Below, piece after piece: positions 12,202 to 24,868 of a stretch of 64,000 nt of DNA. The DNA comes from Aplysia californica (Eukaryota), in NCBI RefSeq assembly GCF_000002075.1, contig NW_004797288.1, positions 560,426 through 624,425 of the forward strand, in the 5' to 3' direction. Each line of letters starts with the position of its first letter. The stretch's first letter is position 1. The notes beneath the pieces are model-generated. The model was not told the DNA's origin. It saw only the letters and a program-made list of their open reading frames with translations, and did no database searches. The translations under genes were made by a program, and so were the position numbers.

Positions 12202-14851
12202 GTATTTATTTCCCTGTTTCCACCAGCTCTACTTTATCAAATTAATGCTGAGATTACTGAGAAATGGAACCTGTGTTTTCAAGAAAAATGTTTTGTTTAT
12301 GAAAGAATGAGATATTGTTTTATTTCTTGAATACTTATTCAAATTCATGTTGTAAATGAAACTTACATTTTGTCAGATGGGTTCTTGTTTGTGAGAGTTA
12401 CACTAGACACTTTGATGAAAGAGTTACAAATGAGATTAGTCACTTTGCTTTATACTACTTGAAATTAAAGGAGCTCAGTGAGGACTCAGGACCACTGTCA
12501 GTAACATCATTTTAAAAATTTTAAGTTAAAAGCTGTTATTTTGCTGTGTTCGATATATTCCGTGGCTTCGTGTAAGATCCCAACAAACGTCAAATTGCAA
12601 AAAAGAGTTTGTCAGAGTCTTGCATACAGCCATCGATACAAGAAATGTGTTGTCTCTATTACCTCTTTATATCAAAAGTGCAAACTGTTGGATAGGTTGT
12701 GTTTACTTCAGGTATGTGTTTCATCACATTATATCCCCGAAGAGTGAGACGGCCCCTGATATCATATAGATCGCTTGTCGTGGTATATATGTGATTTATA
12801 TTAAAATCAAAAGTGTGCAATCATTCAGGACTATTTTGTGGGGTGCAGAATTAAATAACATGCCACTGAAGCTATGATGACTCAGAATGGATACTCTCTC
12901 ATTAGGGTACCCTCTGCTGACCGCCCTATTGATAATGATTTCATTGCTGCTATGTGAAACAGATACTAAATTTTTCAAGAACGGTATGTGTAGCGGCAAA
13001 TCAGTATGAGAGAGTAGCGAACAACCACTGTGTGCTGCTTCATAACAGGAAAACTTTAGCTTACTGTATTGAAAACATGTTGGCGTTTTGTGTGGTAAAT
13101 CTCTCCTCTTTTGTGACTATTGTGTTAATTTGTTGATGGACATGTACCTAATATTTTAAATAACCTTGATGGGTTTGCTATGAATTTTGCCCGATTTATT
13201 TTCGAAAGTGTTTGTCTTTGCCATTTTGGACATTTTGTTTTATAATTTTTATTGTTCACTCTGTCCTCACAAATCTGTTGCCTTGAAGCATCTGAGGTAC
13301 TGATAAGATCTAGTGTTTCTATTTTATTTCTGTTGTTCTGTGGTCAAGTTTTTGTCATAAAATTTGACTGCCTTGGTAGTGTGTTCACTGTTGGGGGAGG
13401 GGGGGGGCTTTTTTTTTTTTTCTTTTTACAAATTAGTGCTTTAAAAAATGTATCTCTTAGTAACTCTTAGTATTCCTGTTTATTATGCTTTACTTGTTGA
13501 TACTGCACTGGGTTTTTCTGATCTTGTGATTACTCCATTGCCTCAAGTGTGAAAGTATTTATTCATCATACATGTTTCTATTTGGTTTGCAGCAAAGTAT
13601 CCATGTTGTTCCTTTTAAGTATTTCATGGTTAAAATGTTATCATTTCTGCTGTGTTACTGTCAGCCAATGGGATGCAGGTAAAGTAAAGTACCTGGTGCA
13701 AGATCATCTTAATACCTTTCATTGCTTTTTCTGAGGGCCATCATTCACTGCTGCAGTGCATGGCTATAAACTGTATAACTGAAGCTATTAAAAAATGTAT
13801 ATTATTAAGCAGACGTGTTCTCTCTCTAATTCTGATTTAAAAGTCTTAGGATTGGAAAACAAAATGTTTGAATCAAATTTCCATTTCAATTTTTTGTGAG
13901 TTGAATACACAACAGGCATGTGGTGCATAGCAGCCTGGTTGTAGTTGTTGAGAAATAGCAGGCTGAGGTAGAAAAGTTGCAAGACCAATCAGATTTGTCT
14001 GTAATGATAATAATAATAGTAATAAAAGTTTGTTGTTCAATTATATCTGACAAAGACTGGTGTGTCTGTGGAAGAGAATCTTTTTTAAGTGAAATAAAAG
14101 AAGTGCTTTTCGCTTTACACAAATTCTTTCTGTACATGTATCGCTTCAGCATTCTCAAATCTATTTCCTTAAGTTAAGGAAAGGATGTCCATCTTTTAAG
14201 AGAAACCCTCTTTAAAATATTAAATGCAGATCTGATTGTGTGGACTCTTGTCTCCTATGCATTGATTTAAGTTTCAGAATTTGGAGTCTTAATGGGCTAC
14301 TGTGGATTTTGCTTTAGATGATGTTACCCCTGTCCGTACGTCATGTTTTACTTTCGTATTCGTACAACATGGGGAACTCTGTGCCACCACTTTCCAAAGA
14401 GGAAATTTACTAGTTAATCAAATCTGATCCGTACGCTATGCATAGCAGTCTGTCAAAATGATTTTTTGAGAAATACTGAAAATTTCAAAGAGATCTTCAT
14501 ACTAGAAGTATTCTAAAATGTGAAGAATACTACCCCAGGGGTACAAAATGACCCCATGGCATATGGATAGAGTTTAGGGCAGCTGGAAGGAATATTTTAT
14601 CCAAAAAAGAGTAAGACTGTCCTGTTTCTGACCTTTTTTCCAGTATGGACAATGAATATTATATGAGAAGGGCATTACATTTATTGGAAAATAATTGAAT
14701 CAGAGTTCTTTATAGCAAAGTCCACTGTGTGTCAAAACATTACATGCACTTCCAACAAAAACCCTGTAGTTACCCAAATGAAAGAGTACTTGTTTTTATG
14801 AGAGAAAAAACTACAACAAAGCAGTACTTCGAAACTGTAGGCCTACATGGT

Positions 14852-15095
14852 AATTGTGAGGCGTGCTGACAAAATGAGTTACTTCTCACAATCCACAAAA
14901 GGAGATATTGGCCAAAAATCAACTTAAGACTCAAATTTATAGATTTTCTATTGATGCCATATTCTTTAACTATAACCTGTCTTTTATTATTTCATACTTA
15001 TTTATTGTAAAAACGTCAGCTATAAACGTGGTGTGTCTATTTTGTTAAGGCTTGAATCCAAGAAGTAACTCATTTTGTCAGCACACTTCACAATT
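14852..15095. mobile_element. MITE with 35-bp inverted ends
   Basis: 14852-14886 and 15061-15095 are reverse complements at 33/35 positions. Confidence 0.8.
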
Positions 15096-15217
15096 GTACT
15101 TTTACTTTTATGTTTGTGTGTATCTGTGTCTTTTTTTGTGCTAATTATTCTTTATATTTATATTCTTAGCATCTTTTTAATTTTAGGGATGTTGTGATAT
15201 GTCGGTTCTCCATTTCT

Positions 15218-15851
15218 CTGTCCCCGTAGAATTATGCAAATTTAGAGGGCCAAATTATGCACAGAAAAAGCAAAATTATGCAAAAATTATGCAAGTTAGC
15301 GTAACACCATTCACGACATGTTTTGCACTTTTTCAACACAAAGTTTCATGATTTTCATGTTTTAAGTACCGTAAAATTGAAAACAGAACATATCAGTATC
15401 AGTAATTTGTTGTGTATTTGGAAAAGAAAACAATACACATCAGTAAAAAAGAAAAAAAAAACAACCAAAAATAATAATCTCTGTAACTTTCAGCTGTAGA
15501 TCTATAGAAGAAAGGAAAATGTTCTAAAAAATAAATGAAAAAGGACCTCTAGACCTCTGATGCTGGCACATTACCAAAACCTGAAACATCAGCAGACATG
15601 AGAACAACAACTTTTGATGGATTGAAAAATTGAACATGCTCAAGGAACAAAATCACAACCCATAACCAACTTTTCACTTAAATGAGACTTATTACGGTGA
15701 TTACTTCCCTTTAGTCAAATGGCGAGGCGTTAGTTAATTGTTTAGTGAAAAAAAAGGGGAAAAAGCGCGGATAATCCAAAATTATGCAAATGTTGCAGAA
15801 TTACGAAAAAAAAAAACGCAGCCGCACAATCACATAATCCTACGGGGACAG
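15218..15851. mobile_element. MITE, CTGTCCCC-TIR family, 6-bp TSD
   Basis: CTGTCCCCGTAGAATTATG / CATAATCCTACGGGGACAG. ATTTCT duplicated at 15212-15217 and 15852-15857. Many AATTATGC motifs. Confidence 0.85.
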
Positions 15852-16452
15852 ATTTCTCATAGAAGCATTGAAAACATGTATGGAGCTCCTTCAGGGTGAG
15901 TATGATACTATAAGATATAGAGCAAAACTGTTGTTACAACAAGCAATTGAATAAAGGTAAAAATGGAAACGCTTTTAATAGTTTCGTTTCACTTGTGCTG
16001 TTAAAAAATTGTATCGCCTTTGTATATGTGTTCTTCTACTTGATCTGAACAATGGAAGCTCATGTGCCTATTGCAGTGAAGCTTCTTAATGTGTATATCT
16101 GGGGGTTGGTCTAAAGTCTAAAACTTTCACCTTTCAGATGACCTCGGGAGGTCTTTGAAGGAATTAGCTGCGTGTTTTCATTGTGACCTGTTTACTTGTA
16201 CAGTATTTAATTTTTTGTTTGGGTTGGGATTTTTTCCTTAGCAGAAATAGTCTTATCTTGGATTTTCACTTTCCACTTCCAGTGTCTTTCTTTAAAGGAG
16301 CTCAAACTGACGCCCAGGATCTTCAACATTTTTTCCTCCGGATCTAAAAAAAATAGCTGTTTGAACTTGATTCTAGTTTTTCTAAGATATTTTTTTTAAG
16401 TTGTCAATATTTGTTCAAGGACTAGAATTGAACCAAGTACTTTTGATATATA

Positions 16453-17232
16453 CAGTGGAAACCATATATAACAGGCCCGGTAATAACAGGGATCCGGCCG
16501 GTAGTAACAGGGATTTTTTAAATCCCCCGTTTTTTCCTACTCTTTGTTTCAATTTAAAGTTATCGGCAATAACAGGGCCTCGTCAGAGCCCAACCGGATA
16601 TAGCAGGGACAAAGACTCGTTAACAATGAGGAGAGAGAGAGAGAGAGTAACGCAGTGATGGAGCAAGCCCACGCAAGCCATGCCGCTGCAAGCACACACA
16701 GCATGTGAAGCGAGAGAGGGCTGCGGTGTGCTGCAGACCTCGATCTAGCCAGAAACCTAGCAACACGCACGCGTAATGTGTCACCAACGATGTCAAGCGC
16801 AAGAGAAAATGCCTTTCAGTTGGCAAAAAATACGGAATAATCCAGGCTGTTGACAAAAAGCAGGCTCCACTGGCAGAGATTTGTCGTCAGTCCACAAGGG
16901 TCGATTCACACCATTATCAAGGATAGAGAGAAAAAAGTGGCAGCATACTCCAATGGAAAGTTTGCTCTGGATCGAAAGAAGATGAGACTACCCGATGCAA
17001 ATACTATGGACCAAGCTCTTCTGATGTGGTTTAAGTTTAAGGAGGCAAGGAAAAAGTTGGTGCCAAAACCTCTGTTCGTGGGTACTTGTGGCAAGGGAAA
17101 CTACCCATGAATAAGTACAGCTGGATTAGTCCACAAATGCTTACTTTCCTTGCATTTCTGATTTAACAGGGATCGGATATAACAGGACATTTTCTCTACT
17201 CCCACCATCCCTGTTATATCAGGTTTCCACTG
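16453..17232 (+). mobile_element. Deleted pogo/Tigger-type DNA transposon with CENP-B-like HTH remnant
   Basis: TA|CAGTGGAAACC ... GGTTTCCACTG|TA. Broken peptide KRKCLSV..IHTIIKDREK..RKKMR..MDQALLMWFK. Confidence 0.85.
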
Positions 17233-17351
17233 TACATATATATGAAACAAGCTCGGAACTTCCTAACAATATGTGCTCCGCTCTTGTAGTGAAATGGTTT
17301 GACTTCAGTGCAATGTTCTTACATCGTAGGCCCTACTTTGTTTGAAATATA

Positions 17352-17575
17352 GGTAAAGTTGTTCCCCCTTCCGATCCGGACATTGGGGATTGCCTTGTTT
17401 GTGAGACAACTTCCTGGGCCTTCGGCATACAGTGTATTGTGGTAGGGTGGCCAGATCCTTTCCACGCCGTCTTTACTTCCCCAACTCGAAGTCAGGTCCC
17501 CATTACTGCCGGGTGGGCAGGAGGGGGCGAACCCGGACTTTCCACTTCAGAGACGAGCGCACTGACCGCATCCCC
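17352..17575 (-). mobile_element. Short tRNA-headed (CORE-like) SINE with 12-bp TSD
   Basis: GTTTGAAATATA at 17340-17351 and 17576-17587. Minus strand shows a GGTTCG B-box-like element and CCACCCGGCAGTAATGGGGACCTGAC. Confidence 0.7.
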
Positions 17576-17796
17576 GTTTGAAATATACAGCACATGTATC
17601 AAATAAACTGCTGCTGTCTTGTAAAAATCTGAATACAAAAGAATTAAATTTGTAGTTGGCACTGACTTTTGAAATGTGGATGAGGGTACCGAAGTTGAAC
17701 TAGTTGAAGGGTGGCTCTAGTTAGTCCAATCTCTTAAATTCTTTTCCTTTTTTTTCCATTGCTTCCAACTGTCTTGCGGTGCTGTGTGTGTGTGTA

Positions 17797-17930
17797 GTGG
17801 CGCAAGCCTAGTGGTTAGGCTACTAGACCCATGTTCATGAGATTACGAGTTCGGGGGTTCGAGTCTCAGTTCGGTCCAACATTGAGTCCTTGGAAAAGGG
17901 TGAAAAGACATTTTACATAAATTTCCCTAA
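17797..17930 (+). mobile_element. Degraded tRNA/CORE SINE head
   Basis: GCCTAGTGGTTAGG A-box, GGTTCGAGTC B-box, GAGTCCTTGGAAAAGG CORE-like segment similar to 59355-59710. Confidence 0.6.
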
Positions 17931-19554
17931 AGGATTGGTTCTTTTGGAGATGGATGTTCTCGGAGGTCCCACCTCTTAAATAACCTAACAGTGTTCATAG
18001 GGGCGTTAAACCTTTTGTTTCACCATTTTTATCTCGCTGTTTCCCCGCATTAAATTGCAGTTATTATGTTGGTGGGCTTCTCTTTGCTCAACCCCAATCA
18101 AGGTGGGAACATATCTACTCTTTTTAAAAAATGTAGGTGGTCTTACACTCTCAACACAATTCGAATCATTTAGGATGAAGGCTTCATTCCTGCCTGTCTG
18201 GGCCAGCATAGGCTAAGACTAAGAGGGATATATGTATAACTTTCCAGTACCTGTGCTCGGGTTTATCGGAGCAAGGTAAAGCGCGAACTTGGATACAGCG
18301 GGAGGGATTGAACGGGCTCTAGCTGAGGGGAAGGGTGTTGGGGGGGGGGGGGTGTAGGTGGGCTACAAACAGGCAGTCAGTGCTGTGGCGTTGTGACTGG
18401 CAACAGGCGGCAGAGAGAGATGGTGCTGACAGATGCGTTACCTGAGCCACTCCATAAGTGATATATGCCAAAGCCTACACACTCAGTATGAGAGGGTAGA
18501 GGCCATATCCCTAGGTCAGGCCAAAAAGTAAAAGAAGAGGAGAGCATGTTGATTTAGGGTGTGATTCCTGATTCATCGAATAGCGATCATTGGTGCTCAG
18601 GCATACCATGCATCCACTTCACCAGTTCTACTGTAGGCCTACCGGTACGATAGAGGGCACAAGCAACAATCACAAAGGACAGAGGAAAGATGGCTTCCAA
18701 CTAAGACAAAAGGAAAGGCTTCTCACTCTCACTCGAATTAAAAATTAAAGGCAGAAATAATAATCAACGAAGTTGACAAGATAAAGAAGACTAATCAGCG
18801 CAAAATTTATTGATATGGAAGGGAGGTACTCATATTGATTTTAAGAAAGTTTCTGCTAATTTCCCCTTTGTACTCCTACAACTGAAACGTGCCTACAGCG
18901 GGATTTTCCTTCTGGAAACAAAAGTCCTGCTACTAATACTATAGTCGTGTTCTACTGTACCACCTGAGCTAACGAAGCGCCCCTCATCTGACCGACATGT
19001 TCAACAAACAAAACCATCACTGATCATCCCTTCAATGCCACAGGTAGCCTATATTGGCCCTTGTGCCGGGGGAAATCCCATGAACCAAAGCTGCTCAGGG
19101 GTGACCCCACTCTACATCTCATAACTTTTTTATTTATTAATATTTCAACGTGAATTTCTGCATGTACATTCTACATCGAACCACATTTCTATTGGTATAA
19201 TCTTTGGAGAATTTCATAGAGAGATAGATGGAGAAAAGTAGGAGTAAGTAACATGATGCCAAAAACAACATAAACAACACACATTGGAGTAATGATAAAC
19301 TGAGACAAAAAAAGGGAACACATGTTGTGTGAGTGTTTGCAGGTAAAGAAGAAGTGACAGTAAAATATATACATGTAAGCCCATCTGTGTTTACTGCCAG
19401 TAAATCATTTTTGTGTGATGGATAAGATCTAGATCTAATCTTCTCTTACTCTTAGAGCTGAAATCTGAATCTGACGCTTTCAAACGGGGGGAGGGGGTGA
19501 TGGAGGTAAATATTAAGGGAAGGTACCCCAATAATAACTACAAGATTTTATAAA

Positions 19555-19645
19555 CCTCTGTCACAGTCCCGTAAATTCTACGGGCCATAGGCACAGCGCT
19601 ACACGGTTCAGGCCCGTAAATTCGACGGGCGTGGTAGCGAAGAGG
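19555..19645. mobile_element. Tiny piggyBac-like MITE
   Basis: (TAAA)CCTCT ... AGAGG(TTAA). Two internal CCCGTAAATTC(T/G)ACGGG near-palindromes. Confidence 0.55.
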
Positions 19646-21501
19646 TTAATAATCTACCTGTAATTGCTTGAAGTCCCAGACCCAATCAATGCAATTTACA
19701 TCATTCTCATTCAGGAGAAATGAATGCTGCTTTGAACCTGTTGGTCAGTGCTAGCCCGGACGGAGTAGGAAACAGTTTCCCAGTTGACAGACAGAGACAC
19801 TTCAAAAAAGAAATTCCCCTTTATGAACTGAACTCACATCTACAGAAGCCAGAACCCCAACTCCACAGAAAAACCAGAAAGGGACACGAAACATGCATCC
19901 ATCATCTATTTTATTATAGAATCAATGTTGAATAAGAAAGACAGCAACGATGTGAGCATGACCATAAATATACATACAGCACGCTTGAATTATTTACAAT
20001 ACAAAATATACTGATGACACTTGCAGTTGAAAGGGGAACGTGTCACAATGTGCTTTCCCCAACTGTGTCTTCTTATTCTTTTCAAATGTATAGCCTTTCT
20101 TTAAAAAAAAAAAACAACAACAAAAACAATGGCATTTGAAGCCGTTAGAAATTTTTCATGCATTTTTAAAGGAAAAAAATATCTTTCATTCAGCAGCATA
20201 CGTAACATATATTCATTACCTCTTTATCAAGAAATGGCGTAATAAATGGCTTCAAATGATATGTTTCACATCTGAATCAACATGACACACACATGGATGG
20301 AAAAGGAAAAGTCCATTAATTTTTCCCAAAGTAACATGAAAATGACATGCAGCTACGAGTCCACTAGTATAAGGAATCAATCAAAAGGTTCAACTAGGAC
20401 AAACTAACCGTCATCATTGTTGATAGCACCCACTCTAATTTGAAACCTTCAGCACAACATTACCGCGGAGCTTACAATGTTGCTTAAAACTCTGATTTCC
20501 AGAGGCATGTACATTAATAAATACTCTTTCAGACAAGTTGTTCATTAGTGAATTTATTGTCACTGCAATCCTATGTACAGTTTGAGAAATAAGTTAACGA
20601 TTAAAAGAAATGTTTTTTCTTTTTCCATAACGGGAAACTGACGTCAGAACATTAGACTTTAAACTTTTTGTTGGGGTAGGACAACATCTCTTACTTGTCT
20701 GCAACTGTAATTTAACACATTTAAGTAAAAGTGGAATGATATAGTTAGCTTTGGCAATGGTAACATTGCTATAGCATCTATATTATCTTTTCACATGTCA
20801 TTCAACAAAAGTATATATATATTCTGTCTCAATTATAACAAGAATGGTTTGAATGAATTGAAGTAAGGCAAAAAGTAATAGAATTTACATTATCAAAAGA
20901 TAAGAACTAAAACATTAAAGTATTGAACCACTATGGGTTTTCTGACTATATGGGACAAGGACCCAATCTCATTTTCATTTCTAAAAATTTTTGATAACAT
21001 GTTAATTGTTATGGTGCACCACTGCAACTAACAAATTCTAGTTGGAGCTACAAGTGAGGAACAAATCAGAGGTGTCACATCAACTGAACAATGTCTGTTT
21101 CTCTGTTGGTGAAGACAATGCTGTAGTTGCATCATGTCTAAATCAACACAATGGGAGTAAATACCTGTGCAGTAGCATTGTTTACAACAAAACCGTGTCT
21201 ATTTTCCAAACAAGATGGCGTAATGAATAATCTCGTACCAACTGAGAGAACAGCACCCCTACCAGAAGAAAAAGAGGAGGGGGGTGAAGAAGGGAATTGC
21301 AAAGTGAGATTGCCAAACCACATCAACAACAAAATTCTGGTGCACATGAAAACTACAAGAACAAAACATCACAAATTGAGTGTACAGTTGTAGTAATTCC
21401 TAACCACACTCACAGGAAGTTAACACCGCAAACTGGTTCTATCATTTCAAAGTGTAGTCAATGCAAAAACTATTAAAGATTTGAAGCAGAAGGAAACTTA
21501 A

Positions 21502-22328
21502 CCCTTGTCCTGCAGTGGACGGGTTTATGTCGCCCGATGAGTCTATTTCGGCACCTGGCCTACGTTCTGGTCTCAAATCAGTGTAGCTCCTGATTCAGCG
21601 TACGCACATCATCTTACGTGAAATTCGGGTCCCAAATCAGATCCCCATTCATGCAGGTCAAGTGTGTGCGCGTCAGTCTGCTTGAGTTTGTGTGCGTTTG
21701 TGGCCTTCTTCTAGAACCACCTGCATTGGTTCGTAATCGAGGCATACGTCTCATTCAAAACACGCCAAGTTGGTAGCTCTAGATGTTCGTCCAATGAAAT
21801 TATAGAAGAAACTGATCCACTTAGACATGAGGAGCTCGAAAGTATAGTCAAGAAACAAGACTTCCATTTTTCTATACAAAATCTTTCAAATGAGCTTGAT
21901 TTTGTATGAAATGATACTACCTGATAAAAAAATAAGCTTGTTTGATAGTTTTGAATACCATTGTGCAGGTAAAAAGAATAATTTGAGTGCAAAACATTAG
22001 GAAATTGACCTGTATTATCCCCTTTCGAACCGCAGGTCATTCATAACAACAAGAGCGTCCAGAAAGGTTATTTGAATTGGTGTAACTACTCGTAATGTCT
22101 TATCAGCATGTGTTTGTAACACTTTATAAATAGAAAGCTATGAAAGATAGAGCATTATTTTCATCATCGATTAACACACTCCCACAGTATTCATGGCGAA
22201 AACACACTTTTCCCGGAGCGCGCGCTGTAAAACAGTACACACTGAGTGACCCCGGTGGCCTGCCCGGCATGTCCGACGTAATCGGTTGCTGATAAGGTTC
22301 GCATCACAGCACAGACGCAGGACAAGAG
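21502..22328. mobile_element. piggyBac-type non-autonomous element
   Basis: TTAA|CCCTTGTCCTGC ... GCAGGACAAGAG|TTAA. Confidence 0.8.
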
Positions 22329-24076
22329 TTAAGGCCCCTAAAATTTTCCCCTTTCAAATTTTTATAGAACCCCCACTAAAAACATTAACCCTTCATGGGT
22401 CTGAAAAACAATTTTCCAAATTTTGTAATTACAAAACATTCTACCAACCAAAAGCATTTTGGGACTACCAAATACATGTACATAATATACATGTAAGAAT
22501 TGAAAGACAAAACTGGAAGGACATGTAGCTTCCCAAAAAAATTATTAAAAAATCAGAATAATTATGTTACAACAAGAGAGTCAACTGCAAAGCTGAAGCC
22601 ATTATGGTTATACAGCTGATAACTCAAGAAAATGTACAGAAACTGTACATGTTCACAATATTGGGATTACCATAAAACTTATGAACTAGGAAAAGTGTAG
22701 TAGTGTAGTACTGTCGGGAACATTTTATAGTAACCATAAGACTCGTTATAAAAGAGGTATATCTCTTCCTGGCTTTATAATGTCATTTATTACACAGCTG
22801 AAACAGATAATTCTAACCTGCCAAAAACACATGACTTACGTTTGTTATCACTTGAATAATGCGAGCAACACTGGCATAAAGCTAACACTAACAGTCCTTA
22901 AAACATAATGTTTAACTACGAAACACGCATTGCATTAGATTCATTGTAGCCACACATCAATAACAAGACAAGCCGTCTTTATGTCCTTAGCCAAGTTTAC
23001 AACAGGTTTTTAGTAATTATCCACACACTGACCTCTGATAGAACAATGTTGACTTTGAAGAATGCATGGTGGTGTGAAGCAGGGACATGGGTGGCAGAGC
23101 TGACATAAGGAGACATGCATGAATACCCTTGGCAATCTCAGACTCAGACGGTGTAGCAAGAACTCACTGCTTTTTTGTCCATCCTTGCCCACAAACAGTA
23201 CAGCATTCCACTGGCATTTTAATATGCTGAGTCAGAATCTTTTTTTGTGTGTTGATGTTCTGATATACCCACCCAAAATTTCCTTCGTATATCAATAAAG
23301 TTATTTTTCTTATCTTTATTTTAGACATAACATCCCACTTGCACAAATAGTGACACTAAGCATTAGTTATGATGTTCACAGATCAGAAATTTTTTATCCC
23401 CTCCCTCCCACATAGACACTATGAGGAGAGGAGAAAGGACTTTTTTTAAAACTGGGGTATTATTTTCAATCCTTATCACTCTTGATTACCGATGTGTCCA
23501 ATCCTGATCACATTGCAAACCCCAAATTTAACACTAACATCTGCAACTTTATATGTAAATCAAAGAAATATCCACAAAGTGGGCTTATGTTGAATGTGCT
23601 ATATCTGCTTGAACATCATACAGTAATACAGTTGTATCTTCCGTCCAGAAACACACAAAATAACAAATCTCTGCACAAGTGTCAACACACCCGATTTCTT
23701 TCCCATTACAAATCAACATAAGACTCCAGAAAAAAAAAAAAAAAAAAGAAAACCCTTCTGCTTTCATTTTAACTTTAAGACGTAGATATATTATGCTTGT
23801 TTTACTTGTCTCTTGAAATTTAATGTCTTTTATTAAAAGGATAAAGGTATTAATTCTTCATGCTTTATCTCAAATTTATGAATCAGGTTCAAATAGTGAG
23901 AACATGAAACAACAAAATCTGTGAAATCCAACACTTCACATCAGAATTAGTTTTCAAATTGAAATTGCTCAAAAGGAACCTCCCCATACAAAAGTGAAAA
24001 ATGAACAAAGCAAAACCAATGAACTTGTACTGAAAACTTAAAAGCATTAATAATTTTTTGTTGAGATAACAATATA

Positions 24077-24868
24077 CAGTCGAACCTGCCCTGACGGCCA
24101 CCTCTATAAGACGGCCACCTGTACATACGGCCACTTTCCATTTCCCCTCTTGCGTTTTTTCTATATAATTTAACTGTGTAAAACGGGCACTTGTCCAACG
24201 CGGCCGCGGCCACCATATTTTAACACTCAACCCCTATCACACTAAGCAATAACACCTGTCTTAGACGGCCACCCTAGTGACTCCATTAAGTTTTGTCATA
24301 AATTGTACACTGGCCCCTGGCGTTGTGGGCGAGCTGTCATAATTCAATCACCTGTCGTTGTTGTTAGGTAGTCCCTCCAACCGATCATGTTGCGTAGGCC
24401 CCTCCCACTGTTGACCAATAGCTACCAATTTTCAGCTGCTGGTGAGGTTAGCGCGTGATCCCTCACAACCCATAAGCCCCGCCCAGAGCTTAAACACAAA
24501 TTGTAAGCGAGATGAGTGGTCACTGTTTACCCAGTCTGTAACAAAGTAACAAAGGGCATCAACATGAACTTGTGACAGAAGCGTCGCTCGTTCTCCGAGT
24601 GGTGGTGACCCGTGTGTTTGTTTTAACATGGCACTCCTTGTCTGATACATTTCGTTTTATTGTCACCCTTGTGCTAAATCAGCGACAAAATCAAAATTAC
24701 AAACGAAATACAACAACAACAAAAACAATGGGGCTACTTTCGATTGGGACCTCAGATGGGAATGGTTTGTTTTCTTCATCTTGATCAGTCCTGCCCAAGA
24801 CGGCCAACTGTCTTATACGGCCACTTTTCTCCTTGACAATGGGTGGCCGTCTTACACAGGTTTGACTG
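24077..24868. mobile_element. pogo/Tigger-type MITE
   Basis: TA|CAGTCGAACCTG ... CAGGTTTGACTG|TA, with multiple ACGGCCAC subterminal repeats. Confidence 0.85.

Noticed and set aside
14325-14577. Old piggyBac-like MITE
   Set aside because: Inverted ends match at only about 13/18 positions and TTAA sites are not intact, so support is too weak to list.
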